From positions 15,190,001 to 15,254,000 of the forward strand of contig CM022673.1 in the NCBI GenBank assembly GCA_012295275.1: a stretch of DNA of 64,000 nucleotides. The letters run 5' to 3'. A model generated the notes under the pieces. That model ran no database searches. It was not told where the DNA came from and saw only the letters and a program-made list of their open reading frames with translations. A program made the translations under genes and the position numbers. This document shows positions 41,104 through 54,037 of this stretch, piece by piece (the first letter of the stretch is position 1; every line of letters starts with the position of its first letter). The stretch is from Chrysomallon squamiferum. Taxonomy: Eukaryota; Animalia; Mollusca.

Positions 41104-42371
41104 TAAATCATAAACAAATTATAAAAATTAAATATATAATGACTATATTTTCATTCTTTTATCACCACAATGAAATTTACATCTTTCATGAAGTCCTCTT
41201 ATTCTGTTTTTCATTTATTTTCGTGTATTTTATTTTATTTTATTTATTTATTTATTTATTTTTACAGAATTTCAGAAGATGTTGTCGTGCTCGGTTTTAA
41301 CTCAGTGTAATAGAAACCTGTTAGGAAATATTACTGGAGGCATGAATTTTCAAGTTTCTTCTATGTGCACGTAAGTATTAATTTGAAGTATCCACAGATA
41401 CGCTTCTTCAAGCTTCATTATTACCAAGAAAAACGCCTTAAGGGGTGAAGCGAGAGACTTACACACTCATCTTTTCAGACATCTAAAAAAAAACTTACAC
41501 TGCTCAGAAAAAGATCCAGTCACTTGTTTAAATGTTATTTTCATGATTTCGTGACATTTTTGAAGTTAATCAATTTTGACTAATAATTCATCTATTTATT
41601 TTGTTTTTCACTCTTCCTAATTTACTCGTTTATTCTTTTATTCAACACTCACCAAAATCTACTTACTCTAACTCACTCAAACGCACTCAAATCTACTCAC
41701 GCATTCATTCAATCTCAAACTCATTCTCTCAAGCCAATCAACTCACTCATTCACTCAAACTCACGATTCGCCCACTCACTACTCAAACTCGTTCACTCAA
41801 TCATTCAAACTCATTTACTCGTTCACTCAAACTCACCCACTCACTCAAACTCACTGATTCACTTTCAGTGTACTCGAGCACTATTTTCGATGTGTAGACA
41901 AAGCAGTGACTACGTGTCACTTGGCTCAGTCAGGAACGACTATTTCTTTCAAGGATCTTGGACTGGTGGCGTCTCGCTATTGCAAAACAAGTAAGTCTTC
42001 TTAATTATACCTGACCTTCTTCTGGTTCGTGTTTGTCTTCTGATAAAAACTGATTCATCCAAGGAGGACACTAATAGTACCAACAACTGCAGCAACAACA
42101 GTAGTACTAACAGTGGTGGCTGTTATGAATATTAATAGTAGCCTAATAATAGTTTGCCAATAGAAGCAGCAGTAATAATAGCAGTTCCAGAAAAGGTATC
42201 TATATAATTAATACTGACATATTCAGCATACTTTGTGTATATATAGCATATGTGAAGTATCATTATAATTACACAGTAGCAAATTCAACATAATTCTGGT
42301 ATGCATATAGCATATATCTTTTAAATTTTATTTAGATTTCTAGCCAAAAAAAAAAAAAATAATAATAATAA

Positions 42372-42402
<31 letters not shown>

Positions 42403-42745
42403 AATAAAATAAAATAAAATAAAATAAATAAAAAAGTATAATAAAAAACTAAAAATAAATCTTCCTCTCTTTCTCTCTCCCCCCTTCTCTTTCTTGCGCG
42501 CTCAGTATGTCTGAATATTTCTCAGTACAAATTTGTCTTCTCTATCTCATTCAGCATAAAAATTGTGCATCTTTCATTAATGTTTAAAAAAAAAAAATAT
42601 ATAATATAATAAAATAAAATATAATAAAACATAAACAAAAACAAATAAAAGCTCTGCAATATTTCCAGTCAATTATGTGGGTACTTCAGTTCAAATTTAT
42701 CTAGGAATAAATGTAACCAGGCAGAAAAATGCCGTGAAGGAGGAA

Positions 42746-42794
<49 letters not shown>

Positions 42795-43898
42795 TTTACA
42801 CTTTCATATTCTTCGAAACCTGTCGTATTTTTATGAATCAAACCAGTTACTCGCGAATCCTATTTCTGTAACATTTAATCTTTTTTATTACTTATTTTAT
42901 TCCAGTGTGAGGCAATATATATATATATTTTTTTTTCTCTCATTTTGGTGCGGTAAAGTCATTTGTACCACGCAAAAGTAACTTCCAACTAAAATAGTTG
43001 AATAAATGTTTGCTTGACATGATAAGCACCATATGTCGTAAGGTCGCTTCTTGTCGACGATCCGTTGTATTAATTTCTCGTTCCAACCACGATTTATTGA
43101 GCTAAAATGTTTAAAGTTGATTTTGACAATATGCACGCACAAGTTTCATTTTTGATTAGTAATGGCGGCAGCATTTATCATTCTCAGATATTGTTAACTT
43201 CTGACTATTTGTCTCTGTGTGTATGTTTTTCTATTTCCCATCCACCCATCTATCTGTCACTTTATTTATCTATCTAGCTTCTATCTCTCTGTGCATCCAT
43301 CCACCTGTTTTCTGTCTCTCTCTCTTTATTCATCCGTCCACCTTTTCTATCTACATAAATATCCATAGATCCATTCGTCCATCTTTCTTTCTTCCTTCCT
43401 GTGGCGTCTTTGTTTCTAAAACAAACTTTTACTGTTTAAAACACTGATAAATCCAAACACTGAATAAGATCAAATGTTATTTTATTTTGAATATTTTCTT
43501 TTTACTATTTCATATCTTTTTTCATTCAAGTTTTGACGCAATCACCTCTGTCTAATTGCATTGAACTTCTTAGCTGTCACATGAACTACAACATGACGTC
43601 AGCAACTCCGACGATGTTGATAGACGGAACGTACTGGTGCAGGTTCGTATTGTTAGCACACTTCTATTGACAAAGTACAGAACTGTGCAGAATTGCAGAG
43701 TTAATGCTACAAAGAATGATCTGCAAAGAATGGTGGTTTTAACACAAGTATAAATAGTAGTAGTAGAAGTGACAACAGCAATAGCAATAGTAGTAATGGT
43801 AACAATAACAACAAAAATGAAAGTAGATGTATTGGCTGTCTTATTAGTAGTATAATTACTAGTAACAAGAATAACACAACAACAACGACAATAATAAC

Positions 43899-43938
<40 letters not shown>

Positions 43939-46900
43939 TGAATAGTCATAGTAGTTTTGTAACAGTAGTTGAGATAACAACAACAAATGTGATAACAACA
44001 ACAACAGAAACAACAGCAAAAAATATCAGTTGAAATAATAATCATGAAACAAGAAACAAGCAGTCAAACAAACAAACATTTATTTCCTTTCAGTAATTAA
44101 ATTAAAATATAAATATTACTATTAATCAAAATAAAATACTTGGAGAAGGTGCCGCTCGCGAACCAAAGACCCATCATTCTTAAAGTTGTATTGCCTACCT
44201 TACATTATAATTCTGTTTTAAGTCATAATGAAAGTAATAAACCTTTTGACTGCTAAATATAAAATATAATAACATTTTAAATCTGCATACGCAGATCTTA
44301 AGCTTGGTAGACATTCGTATAATGATCTACTGTGCTTTAATTAAAAAGGTTACAAAAAAATTATACAGCCGGGGCGGTTCTTAGAGGGGTATTAACCGAT
44401 CCTTTCCTCCGATGGTACAAATATAAAAAATAGTCTGTTTTGTTCCCTGAAGTTTTTTTATAAACTATCTATCAAATGAATAAACATGAAAAGCTTGGTT
44501 ATTATTAGCTGAGAGATCGGGTCCATAACATCTTGATAGGAATACGTCAGGTCACATCATAAATATCATATGAAACGATGGCTAATATTTTTTGTATCTT
44601 AATTAAATCAACTTCAAAACAGAAAAGTTATTGTGGTTGAAAAAACTACAGCAAACAGGCTGCTGTTCCACGATGACGTCATAACTTCAGTTTCAAAGAG
44701 GTTTTTATTTTATTTTTTGTTATCATAATTCACTGAACTCGCTAACTCAAACAAAATTAATGTAGAGGAGATATTATTATTTTATATATATGTTATGTAT
44801 TTTTCAAATCCTTATTTTTCAAATAATGAAAAGAGAAAAAGTAAGAAAACTGAAAAAAGAGGAAATATAGAAATCTGTAAGACTGCAGAAAATATGATAA
44901 ATATAAAAAGTTGTGAGAGTTTATACAGATATTAAGATTGACAGTAACAAGAGAGATATGAAGACGCGTGTGTTATGTCTGTTTTGTAAGTAACGTAGAT
45001 TAAAACTTAAATCGGCGCCTTTATATTTTTTTTTTTCTGACAACATAATAAAGCTTTCTGTTTCTGTTTAAATGTAAAAATAATGACAGTAATTCTGTTA
45101 TTACTATTACTACTAATGGTACTGCTACTAATTTACTATTTCTACTACTATACTATACTACTGCTAGTATTATTACTGTAACTACTATTACTATATATTA
45201 CTACTACTACTATTCTACTAGTACTGCTACTATTATTACTATTATTACTACTATACTATTAAATCAATGAACAATAATAATAACAGTAATAGTACCAGCA
45301 GCAGCAGTGGATGTAGTAGTTGTAATAATATTTATTTATTAATAAGGATTATCCTAATAAATATAATTAACTTAATTACAACTGTAATAACTAATACGTT
45401 AACTTTAAACTTAATTACATGTAAGAAATAATGTTATATTTTAACTTAATTACAGTAATTAAAAACATGTTATCTTTTAAATTAATAACAGTGAATTAAA
45501 ATAATTACATTATCGTAAATACTATGTTATCTTCTAACTTAATTACATCTTGTAATAAATGATATGTTACATTTTAACTTAATTATATTATAATACATAA
45601 TATGTCTTTTAACAATTACACTGTAATACATACTATGCTATATTTTAACTTAATTATATTATAATAAATAATATAATAGTGTAACTTAACTACAGTGTAA
45701 TAAATAATATGTTATCTTTTAATTTAATTACATTATAATAAATAACCGCACTATAATAAACGATGTTATTTTTTAAATTAATTTCTTTATAACAAATAAT
45801 ATATTATCGCTTATTTTTTTAATTACACTGTACTAAATAATAATATATTTTAACTTAATTATATTTTAATAAATACTATGCTATCTTTTAACTTCATTGC
45901 ACTAATATAAATGGTATGTTATCTTTTAAATTAATTACATTAAAATAGATAATATGTTACCTTTTTAACTTAATTCCACTACATATTATCTGTTCTCTGT
46001 TTTTAAATTCGTTTTTTAAATTTGAATGTTTCAGATATCTGCAGACAGCAATAACGTGCAGTAAAAGAGTGATAACACATGACAGATGTCCATCTATAGA
46101 CAAACAACACGTTTTAAACACTTTTCAGCATTTTGAATCCATGGCTCAAGCCACCTGCAGCCCAGGTAAAACAGAAAAAAACCTCCCACAACCCCTCCAA
46201 CAACAACAACAACAGTACAAACACACATACAAACAGAAACACAAACAAATAAACAAAAAGTAACTAATTAAATGAGAGGTAAGCAAGTATGTATGTATGT
46301 ATGTATATAAATAAATAAATAAATTAATATGTTTGTTTTTGAAGACCTGGAAGAAAGCAATAAGAAAAACTAAATGACGGACTAGTTTTCGTTTTTTTTT
46401 TTTTTTTTTTATTGCGAACAACAATAATCAAAATGTTTTCTAACTCTAATTGTATTTAATATTATGAACATAGTCATGAATACATAAGTACAGGACAATA
46501 ACAGAGAATATAGAGTTGTAATGTTTTCGAATAATTAATAAACAAGCCACTACTAAGACACTGCGGTGATTTAAAGGTTAGAAGCTGTGTATGAGTTTTA
46601 GTGCCACCATAGAACACATGAACTTAGCCAAATTTGGTTGCTAAATGTTAAATTGTAACAATTCCATATCCGTTACAGTATGTGTTGGTTTTAAGAAATA
46701 ATCGAAGTCACTTAAAAGTGTACTTAAAAGTAACAGATTACTCATCAAATTAGGTTGTTGTTTTTTTAAGTTATAAAAATAATCTTTGTATCAAACTTGT
46801 CTAAAAAGTTAAAGAAATCATTAATCACTTTTATGATATATTTTTTTAATAATCGACAAGAAATCAGAACTGCATCAATAAATGGCTTAAAGTATGCTAT

Positions 46901-48149
46901 ATTGTAACAGAAACCGATCAGAATATTTATTACAAATTTAATTTCCAAACATGTGCCCAAAGAAACAAAATCAGATAAATTAGCTTTCTGAAAAAAAGAG
47001 AATAAAAACACCCCAATAACCCACATTGTTATACTTCATTTTTTTTTTTTTTTTTTTTTCACCCGTGCGTTCTTGTTCTATTATTCTCTTCAGAAAAAGA
47101 AAAAGAAAAAGAAAGAGAAAAAAGTTTGCCCCCTCTGAAAATAACCACACCCATTCCCGAAACAAAAGGAAAGTCAAGTCAACAAGGTGCAAGTAAGTAT
47201 AATAAAACATTTCTGTTAATTATGAATGTAAGTAGTCATGTGTGTATGTGTGTATGTATGTTTAAATAGTAAAGCATGGTTTATCAAGTGCCAACTATGT
47301 GGTAACTAACTACACTCTTGATTGTTTGGATGTTTGTATACACGTAATAATCGGTGAGCTTAAATTAAACTGGTTTACAAACTGTGGACTATACATCAAG
47401 AGATTAAACATTATTGTACTGTATGGTTCCAGCTCGAATACAATACAATATACACATGTAAAGGTCACCAGTGATATATAAATATATTTTCAGAATAAAG
47501 TATTAAACGATAATAAATGAATAAATATTTATTTAAGGATACCTTAAAAGATTTCTAATTTAAAATATCAAACACCTCATGTATGTATAATGTATAATGT
47601 ACTAGTTTTATCAGTTGTTTGCAATGCGCAGCAATTAACAAAGACTTTCATGCAGCACGGAAAATTAAAAAAATATGGATTAAACGAATAACGATAACGA
47701 TCGAGCATTTGAAAATTCTATTTAATAAAATCTTCCAAAGCCATCACTGTCATCGTAAATTTTCATACAATAATCTTGATATCGTTGAGTGAATCTAAAT
47801 CTCCTGATTTCACTGATGTCAGTGCGACTCGGAAATAGAACAAAGCTGTCTGCAATACTGAAACCTTTCTCGTACTGAAACACAATTATTTACAACGAAA
47901 ATGCAAATGCAGACATGAAGAATATCTGACCATAGTACTACATTTCATATCATAATTTTTGTCTGAGCTCTCAATTCTCCCAGATGTCAGTGCTGTTTTG
48001 ATGATGCTCATGCTTCCTAGATGATCCCTACAACCGTGAATATTTATTAAGTCGATTATTTTTCAGATAGCGCCGAGTTTCCTTTGAGTAATATCTTCTC
48101 CATGATTACCATATTCTTGCTGTCAACGGTGGTCAAAGAAAATCTCTGA
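34719..48149 (+). CDS. Multi-exon gene for a ~553-aa secreted, probably GPI-anchored protein with six tandem 6-Cys modules; join(34719..34749,35098..35218,35911..36041,36419..36533,37020..37147,37786..37906,38147..38274,38465..38579,40711..40832,41268..41370,41869..41990,43531..43642,46035..46165,47094..47192,48067..48149)
   Basis: All 14 introns are GT-AG with compatible phases and the spliced frame is open to TGA 48147-48149; gcgccATG start; signal peptide MNLQIQSSLAVLFFISSSVLG; 36 regularly spaced Cys; C-terminus NSAEFPLSNIFSMITIFLLSTVVKENL. Confidence 0.9.
35098..35218 (+). CDS. Coding exon 2 (signal peptide end, module 1a)
   Basis: ttttag|...|gtaagt; VLFFISSSVLGCMDICTQQFNMEMQAALAGDAAIATALSCT. 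Confidence 0.88.
35911..36041 (+). CDS. Coding exon 3 (module 1b)
   Basis: tttcag|...|gtattc; AITNHIKCLQRVEAQCSLNTDLQILHQTTLATALQKYQHFCHT. Confidence 0.9.
36419..36533 (+). CDS. Coding exon 4 (module 2a)
   Basis: tttcag|...|gtgagt; GSRLDNTANCAGRFMACNEQLNNTFNAALTSLDIQRACA. Confidence 0.9.
37020..37147 (+). CDS. Coding exon 5 (module 2b)
   Basis: ttacag|...|gtcagt; SLNNYSSCVENLISLPNCGQLSTQAMQTVALLRSKYGPSCQG. Confidence 0.9.
37786..37906 (+). CDS. Coding exon 6 (module 3a)
   Basis: tttcag|...|gtgagt; DLAKEGRNIANCMNRTMECFDSFKFSFSFAVNASDMTSMCQ. Confidence 0.9.
38147..38274 (+). CDS. Coding exon 7 (module 3b)
   Basis: tttcag|...|gtataa; ALDQYTSCVEKLRADTTCSQYIDHALVNIEILRSQHRLACGP. Confidence 0.9.
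38465..38579 (+). CDS. Coding exon 8 (module 4a)
   Basis: tttcag|...|gtaagt; DNGVKANQCINTFKVCFSHFNHSLYPTSQDRSGFSNICG. Confidence 0.9.
40711..40832 (+). CDS. Coding exon 9 (module 4b)
   Basis: tttcag|...|gtataa; SLSNYSRCVAGIPQDCVQYIGQPIESLNMLKRQYSEYCNP. Confidence 0.9.
41268..41370 (+). CDS. Coding exon 10 (module 5a)
   Basis: ttacag|...|gtaagt; EFQKMLSCSVLTQCNRNLLGNITGGMNFQVSSMCT. Confidence 0.9.
41640..41860. repeat. Intronic CACT/ACTC-rich minisatellite
   Basis: Recurrent ttcactcaaactcactca units directly upstream of the exon 11 acceptor. Confidence 0.75.
41869..41990 (+). CDS. Coding exon 11 (module 5b)
   Basis: tttcag|...|gtaagt; VLEHYFRCVDKAVTTCHLAQSGTTISFKDLGLVASRYCKT. Confidence 0.9.
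43531..43642 (+). CDS. Coding exon 12 (module 6a)
   Basis: ttcaag|...|gttcgt; ILTQSPLSNCIELLSCHMNYNMTSATPTMLIDGTYWCR. Confidence 0.85.
45360..45980. repeat. Intronic ~40-bp AT-rich minisatellite
   Basis: Recurrent ttaacttaattacactgtaataaataatatgttatctt-like units. Confidence 0.8.
46035..46165 (+). CDS. Coding exon 13 (module 6b)
   Basis: tttcag|...|gtaaaa; YLQTAITCSKRVITHDRCPSIDKQHVLNTFQHFESMAQATCSP. Confidence 0.9.
47094..47192 (+). CDS. Coding exon 14 (charged/Pro-Thr stalk)
   Basis: ctcttcag|...|gtaagt, 99 bp, phase 1-1; EKEKEKEREKSLPPLKITTPIPETKGKSSQQGA. Confidence 0.75.
48067..48149 (+). CDS. Terminal coding exon (GPI-signal-like)
   Basis: ttttcag| then NSAEFPLSNIFSMITIFLLSTVVKENL*; small residues N-S-A, spacer, hydrophobic tail. 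Confidence 0.78.
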
Positions 48150-49690
48150 GGATTGAGCAGAAAGGCTCAGGTTATAGTGTCTAACAACAGGTTATTATCA
48201 ATATCTTAGTAATAATTAATCTCTTTTGTATAACACAAAACATCTGTGAATTTATGGCAAGCGTTATTGTCTAGTTAGGAAGTATTACTGTTATTACCAT
48301 TTTTGTTATTATTAGTACTAGCACCACTACTAGTACTACGATTATGGGAATTGTGCACTTTGGAATTATTATTATTATTGCTATTATTACTATTGCTACT
48401 ACTACTATTTTAGCTATTGTATAGTACTGGTACTTTCGAAGGTTACAATGATGATCTTAACGTTTTTTTAATATTTATACTATTTTTGTTTTGTTCTGTT
48501 TTTTTTTTTTGTTTTTTTTTGTTCTGCTTCTTTTGTTCTATTTTTTTTTTTTTTTTCTTTTGCGGTGGATTTCTTATTTTTATTTTATTTTTTATTTCCT
48601 AGTTTTAGACTTTTTATCATTTCATTTTATTTTAGTCAATGTGTGTTTCTGACAAATTATTTCAAAGAACTTTAATGTATAATTTTACTGAAACACTACT
48701 CGGTGACTCTGTCATAGAGTACATTTATTTTTATAATCAACAATAGTTTTGTTTTATTAATAATTACCAGCGCTATCTATTATAAGCTCAGAAATACACG
48801 AAACATTATTACATATGATGATGATAATGAAGATGATGATGATGATAATAATAATAATAATAATAATAATAATAGTTCCTAACTCTTGTTGTAAGATATC
48901 AGGTGTTTCGTATGCATCATAAAATAGATACATTATTAATAGGACGCTGATAACAAGAGATCACACAAAAACCTTCTCAATGAGTAAACACAAACAATAA
49001 CAATAACAATAATAAGTTTTAAAAAAAGTACTATAGAAATACCAAACCCCCAAAAAATTAAAAATTAAAAATTAAAAAGGAAAAAAAGTAAAAAAGAAAA
49101 GAAAAGAAAAAACCCTTCGAAAGAAAACAAATTATCATTTTCTTAAACTAACTGAAATAGAGGATTACAAATCCGAATTCTTGTTATCAGAAGCCAGAAT
49201 TCAAACCACCTTTTTAACTTTCATATCTTCAATTCCCGACGCCTACATCGTTTTACCACTGCTATCTAAAATATCAGTAAAACACAGAATAATAAAAAAT
49301 AAATAAAAAAATAAATAAAAAAGCAATACAAAATCCCATAATTTTATTATACAACGTTCAGTAGGATTATATGACCGTTTTGCAAACCGCACCACTATCT
49401 TTTAATAAATATTATAAAACAAATTGGAAACAATTTAATATTGCACCAAGAGGTTTTATATTGGGATTATTCTGTAATTGGCCAAGCTTATGTTTATAAT
49501 TGGAAGAGTTAAAACTTCTATTAAATGAAAATACTTCCGTGATCAATGCATTTTAGTGTCGCTGATTTAATAGTGTTATATAACTTTCAACTTAGGAATT
49601 GTTTTGACTTAGGTTTATGCATATTAGATTGTATATGTTAATTAAGTTTGTTTCTTAAAAATGTCCTTATCGCTGATAAGTTTAATAATA

Positions 49691-49741
<51 letters not shown>

Positions 49742-49784
49742 TTATTAATAAATTAATTTGTTAATATGTAAATAATGTATTTCT

Positions 49785-49896
<112 letters not shown>

Positions 49897-49933
49897 TGTA
49901 TAATATATAACTTTGTAATGTTATGATGTTAAA

Positions 49934-50233
49934 GGGGCCATCCATAAAGTATGTACGACAGGAATAATCGTTACATGCTTTTGAAAAATACAGTAATGTT
50001 AAAATGTAAACCTCATTCAATGTCCATTATTCTTTTTTTTTAAAGTAGTATTTAATTAAACTTGTTCCCCTGATTTCCTCAAAATTATTTAATTATTTAA
50101 ATCACTTTTAATCGTACGAGATCGTTTAAGTAGATTACTGAGACACGCAGGGGGTAGACTTAAGATATATAAAATATTTACAAGACGGCAGGGAATTAGA
50201 AATTGTTTGTTAACGTGCCTTATGGATGACCCC
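49934..50233. mobile_element. ~300-bp MITE with imperfect terminal inverted repeats
   Basis: ggggccatccataaagtatgt vs reverse complement ggggtcatccataaggcacgt (17/21 match); no ORF. Confidence 0.7.
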
Positions 50234-50533
50234 CAAAATATGTAATATATATATATCTAAATATTATAATTATTTATGTATATGTATATATATATACAGT
50301 ATATTGGATAATCCTTTTACATTTTCATGATGTACTATGATGCCTTGGCCCAAAAAACTTACAGTTTATTGATAATTATATATTTGTAGTTTTGTACGCT
50401 TTTTGTAGATTAAAAAAGTTTATATAAATGCTTTAATGTATTATTTTTTTCACTGCAATAATGTAAATAATTTACCTGTTATCTGTATATCTTTATCTAA
50501 TCTGAAACGAGTACTTATATTCAGCATTTTGCA

Positions 50534-50579
<46 letters not shown>

Positions 50580-50800
50580 TCACAAATAAATATTATATTT
50601 AATAATGTGTTTCAAATGTTTGTTATTATTTTTTTCCATTGTGCTTTCTCAATATTTTGTATTTTTTCTGTCAATAAAAAAGGCATATTTGACCTCACAT
50701 AGGCTTATTCCCGATTCTGGCAGTGAGATTATAACACATCTTAATTGGACACGCCAGTTGTTCCATTTCTTATTGCTCACCCTTACTAATTGGTCTTCCG

Positions 50801-51070
50801 TCACCTTAATTGATGTACTTTTGTTAAACAGTATTTTGTCCACAATTCGAAGACAACTGCGCTCTCATCCGAGGAACGGATGTGGTCTTTAACTCTGCTC
50901 ACCACAGTCCCAACCGGTGTAGTAGTCACGGTGGCAAGGCACCTCAAATATAAATATCTCCATGGAACCGTACTATCGTAGTTACTAATCCGCTGTGCAT
51001 ACCTAAAACCATCAAGTATGAGGTCCGCACCTGGTTTTCTGCCATCTAAAATTTCCCCCTTCGAAGCCAT
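50801..51070 (-). pseudogene. Decayed FLYWCH zinc-finger fragment, probably from a Mutator-like transposase
   Basis: LILDGFRY...WRYLYLRCLATVTT...VKDHIR follows the FLYWCH pattern, with the first Cys and last His lost. Confidence 0.65.
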
Positions 51071-52587
51071 GATCAAACACAACAAACATCTTGACTGTAC
51101 AGTATTTATATAGGTAGTATTTCATGTCTCCAAACTTTACGTTATAACATTAATTTGCTTGCAACCTCTACACTGGCTACCCTCTTCATACATCTCTTAA
51201 TTGATCTCGTTAACTCCTTAACGTCTAAATTGGTAATATAACATTAATTTCATGTCTCCAGACATTAATTTTCTTGCAGTCTCTATTCCGGCTCACCTCT
51301 ACTTTTCACTGCTCATTAAGGTTAATCTCGTTAATCGCGTTAATCGCCCCCTCTGTTCTTCACACGTTATCCTCGTCCGTCTAAATTGGCCTTAATTGCA
51401 CACGCCAATTGTCCCATTTCTGGAAGCGAATTAGAACACCTCACCGCTTACCTAATCTGGCGACTGCAAGTTTTGGGAACATACTCTCACATGATCTTGT
51501 CATTTAAAATTTTATTAGAAAAAGTCAAGCAAGGATTTTATATATGATGTTTCTACTGTGGACTCCAATATAACCTAGTAGAGGATGGATCCTTCAGACT
51601 GTGGCTTCTCGGACTCCTCTTTATATGAAATGAAATAAACAGTCCAACGTTTGAAGGGCTGAGCAATGAAAGTGATAACAGCTATAACGATATGAAGTAG
51701 GACTAAAAAGATGTTAGAGATGGTGTGTGAGAGTTTGAGTATTAGAGTTAATTTTGTTAGATCGTTAATCAAAGAGATAATATAATACATAGTCTTACTC
51801 AACAATCAGTTTAGGAGCCAGTACCGGGAAACGATCCAGGTGAAAATAGTTCTTAACATCGACAGCGTAACTATATATATATATATATATGTATATGTAA
51901 AAACACAAAACACACACACACAGACACACACAAACAACAAACCCACAGCCACAACAAAAAATACAATACACCAGTTTAGTTTAAAAGAGGATGACAAAAA
52001 CGAATTAGCCACTTTCATTCCACTCTCAAAACCAGCAGCAGCAATCACAGCAAGAATAACAACGACGACGACAACATCAAACATCTTAGGCTCTAGTAGT
52101 TATGACTGATTTGTGATTAATAACTTTGACATTAAGTTAATAAACCTACAGATTGTTAGAATAATAAAACCGCAGGTGTGAAAGAAAACAGTTTATTTGC
52201 ACTTAAAAAATCTCGCATTTCTCAAAGTTTGTTTGTTTAAGATTAATCTGACAGGTTTGTTTTTCACCAGAAGTAAAATCGATTAGAAAGTAATAATTTA
52301 TTTGGCGGTAAGATACTGGAATAGCAAATACGTTCATAATGTATAAGCCAGTAAAAGCGTTTTTTTTTCGTTTTAAAAGTGTTTAATGGAACTTAAAGAA
52401 AAAGCTCAATATTTTTCTTTGAAGTGCAATATGTTAAATGTACGTGAAAATTAGCATGGTTGTTATGGAAGTACATATTATGTTGTATGTATATATATAT
52501 ATATATACCATTCAAATATAAATGAATTGAAATAATAATAATAATATTAATAATAATAACAACAACAACAACAACAGCAATAATAGC

Positions 52588-52655
<68 letters not shown>

Positions 52656-53344
52656 GAAAAAAGAGGAAGAAGAAGAAGAAGAAGAAGAAGAAGAAGAAGA
52701 AGAAAGAAGAAAAATACATTATGTACCATAGAAGAGATAGAGAGAAAAATTGAGCGGTAGAAGAAAAAGAAAAAGAGAAAGAGAGAAAAAATGAAAGTGA
52801 AAGGAAGAAAGATACATATATAAAAAAATATATTTGTCTTGAAACTGCCTCTCTCCAAGCAGATCTGTAATTCCATATACTGCAATGCCATCACACGTTT
52901 AATGCAATCGCTTTAAATAAAATGTCAATCACGTGAACAAGGAACCGCTTTATAGACTTACCAAGTTCAAGACGGAAACTTGTGGTCCGAACACCATCCG
53001 GTTAAACCAAGCATTAGAATTAATAGTGCCCGCAAGGCGGTTTGTCGATGTTTCGCTCGTTAGTTTTACTTAAATTGATGTAATTATAATGGAATTCAGA
53101 GAGCTGCAGGCCAAATACTTCGTCATACCCAGATTCAGTTATTTGTCCTTCTTATCAGATTGTTGTAACGAAACTTGGTCAAGGTGACCTTTTCAAAGAT
53201 GTATTCTTGTAAGAGTGTTATAGATCTGAAAGATTTTTTTTGTGATGTCACTAATACCAATGAAACTTTTACTTTTTTTGCTCTAAAGCTGTTTGTTTTT
53301 AAAGAGGTATGGTGGCTTTCTCTCTCTCTCTCCCTCCCTCCCTA

Positions 53345-53438
<94 letters not shown>

Positions 53439-53993
53439 TGTCTGTTTCCCTCTCTGACTTCCACACACCGCTCTCTTTAGTCTCTGTATATGTCTGTCAT
53501 TCTCTAAGACTTTTTGTCTGTATCGAGAAACCTTCTCATTGCGAATATGAATCACAATCAAACTGGATAAAGAGTATTTAACTATTTTAGACAAAAAAGT
53601 AATAAACAAAAATAAGAAATTCGATATCATATTTTATTTGGCTTCCAATCATGACCAATCCTTGTAATGTTATTTGAGAACTTTTTTTGTTGTAAATAAT
53701 CATTAAAATGCCAATGGTGGTCGATACCTTAGTAAAGGCAACTTTTTATATACCAGTTATATGTTTTTATTTTGATTATAATAATTTCTCCTCATTGTTT
53801 TGAAGTAAAAAATTCTGACCTTGGTTTCTGCGTGAAATTTTCATTGAATAATTCGATTTGTCTACTGTGATTTTGTTTAAGATGGGTTTCTATGATTAGG
53901 TAAGCATTCTACATAAGGCATATAATTCAGCAGAAAGAAAAAGAAATAAGAAAAAGAAATAACAACAACAACAACAACAGTAATAATAAAAAA

Positions 53994-54037
<44 letters not shown>

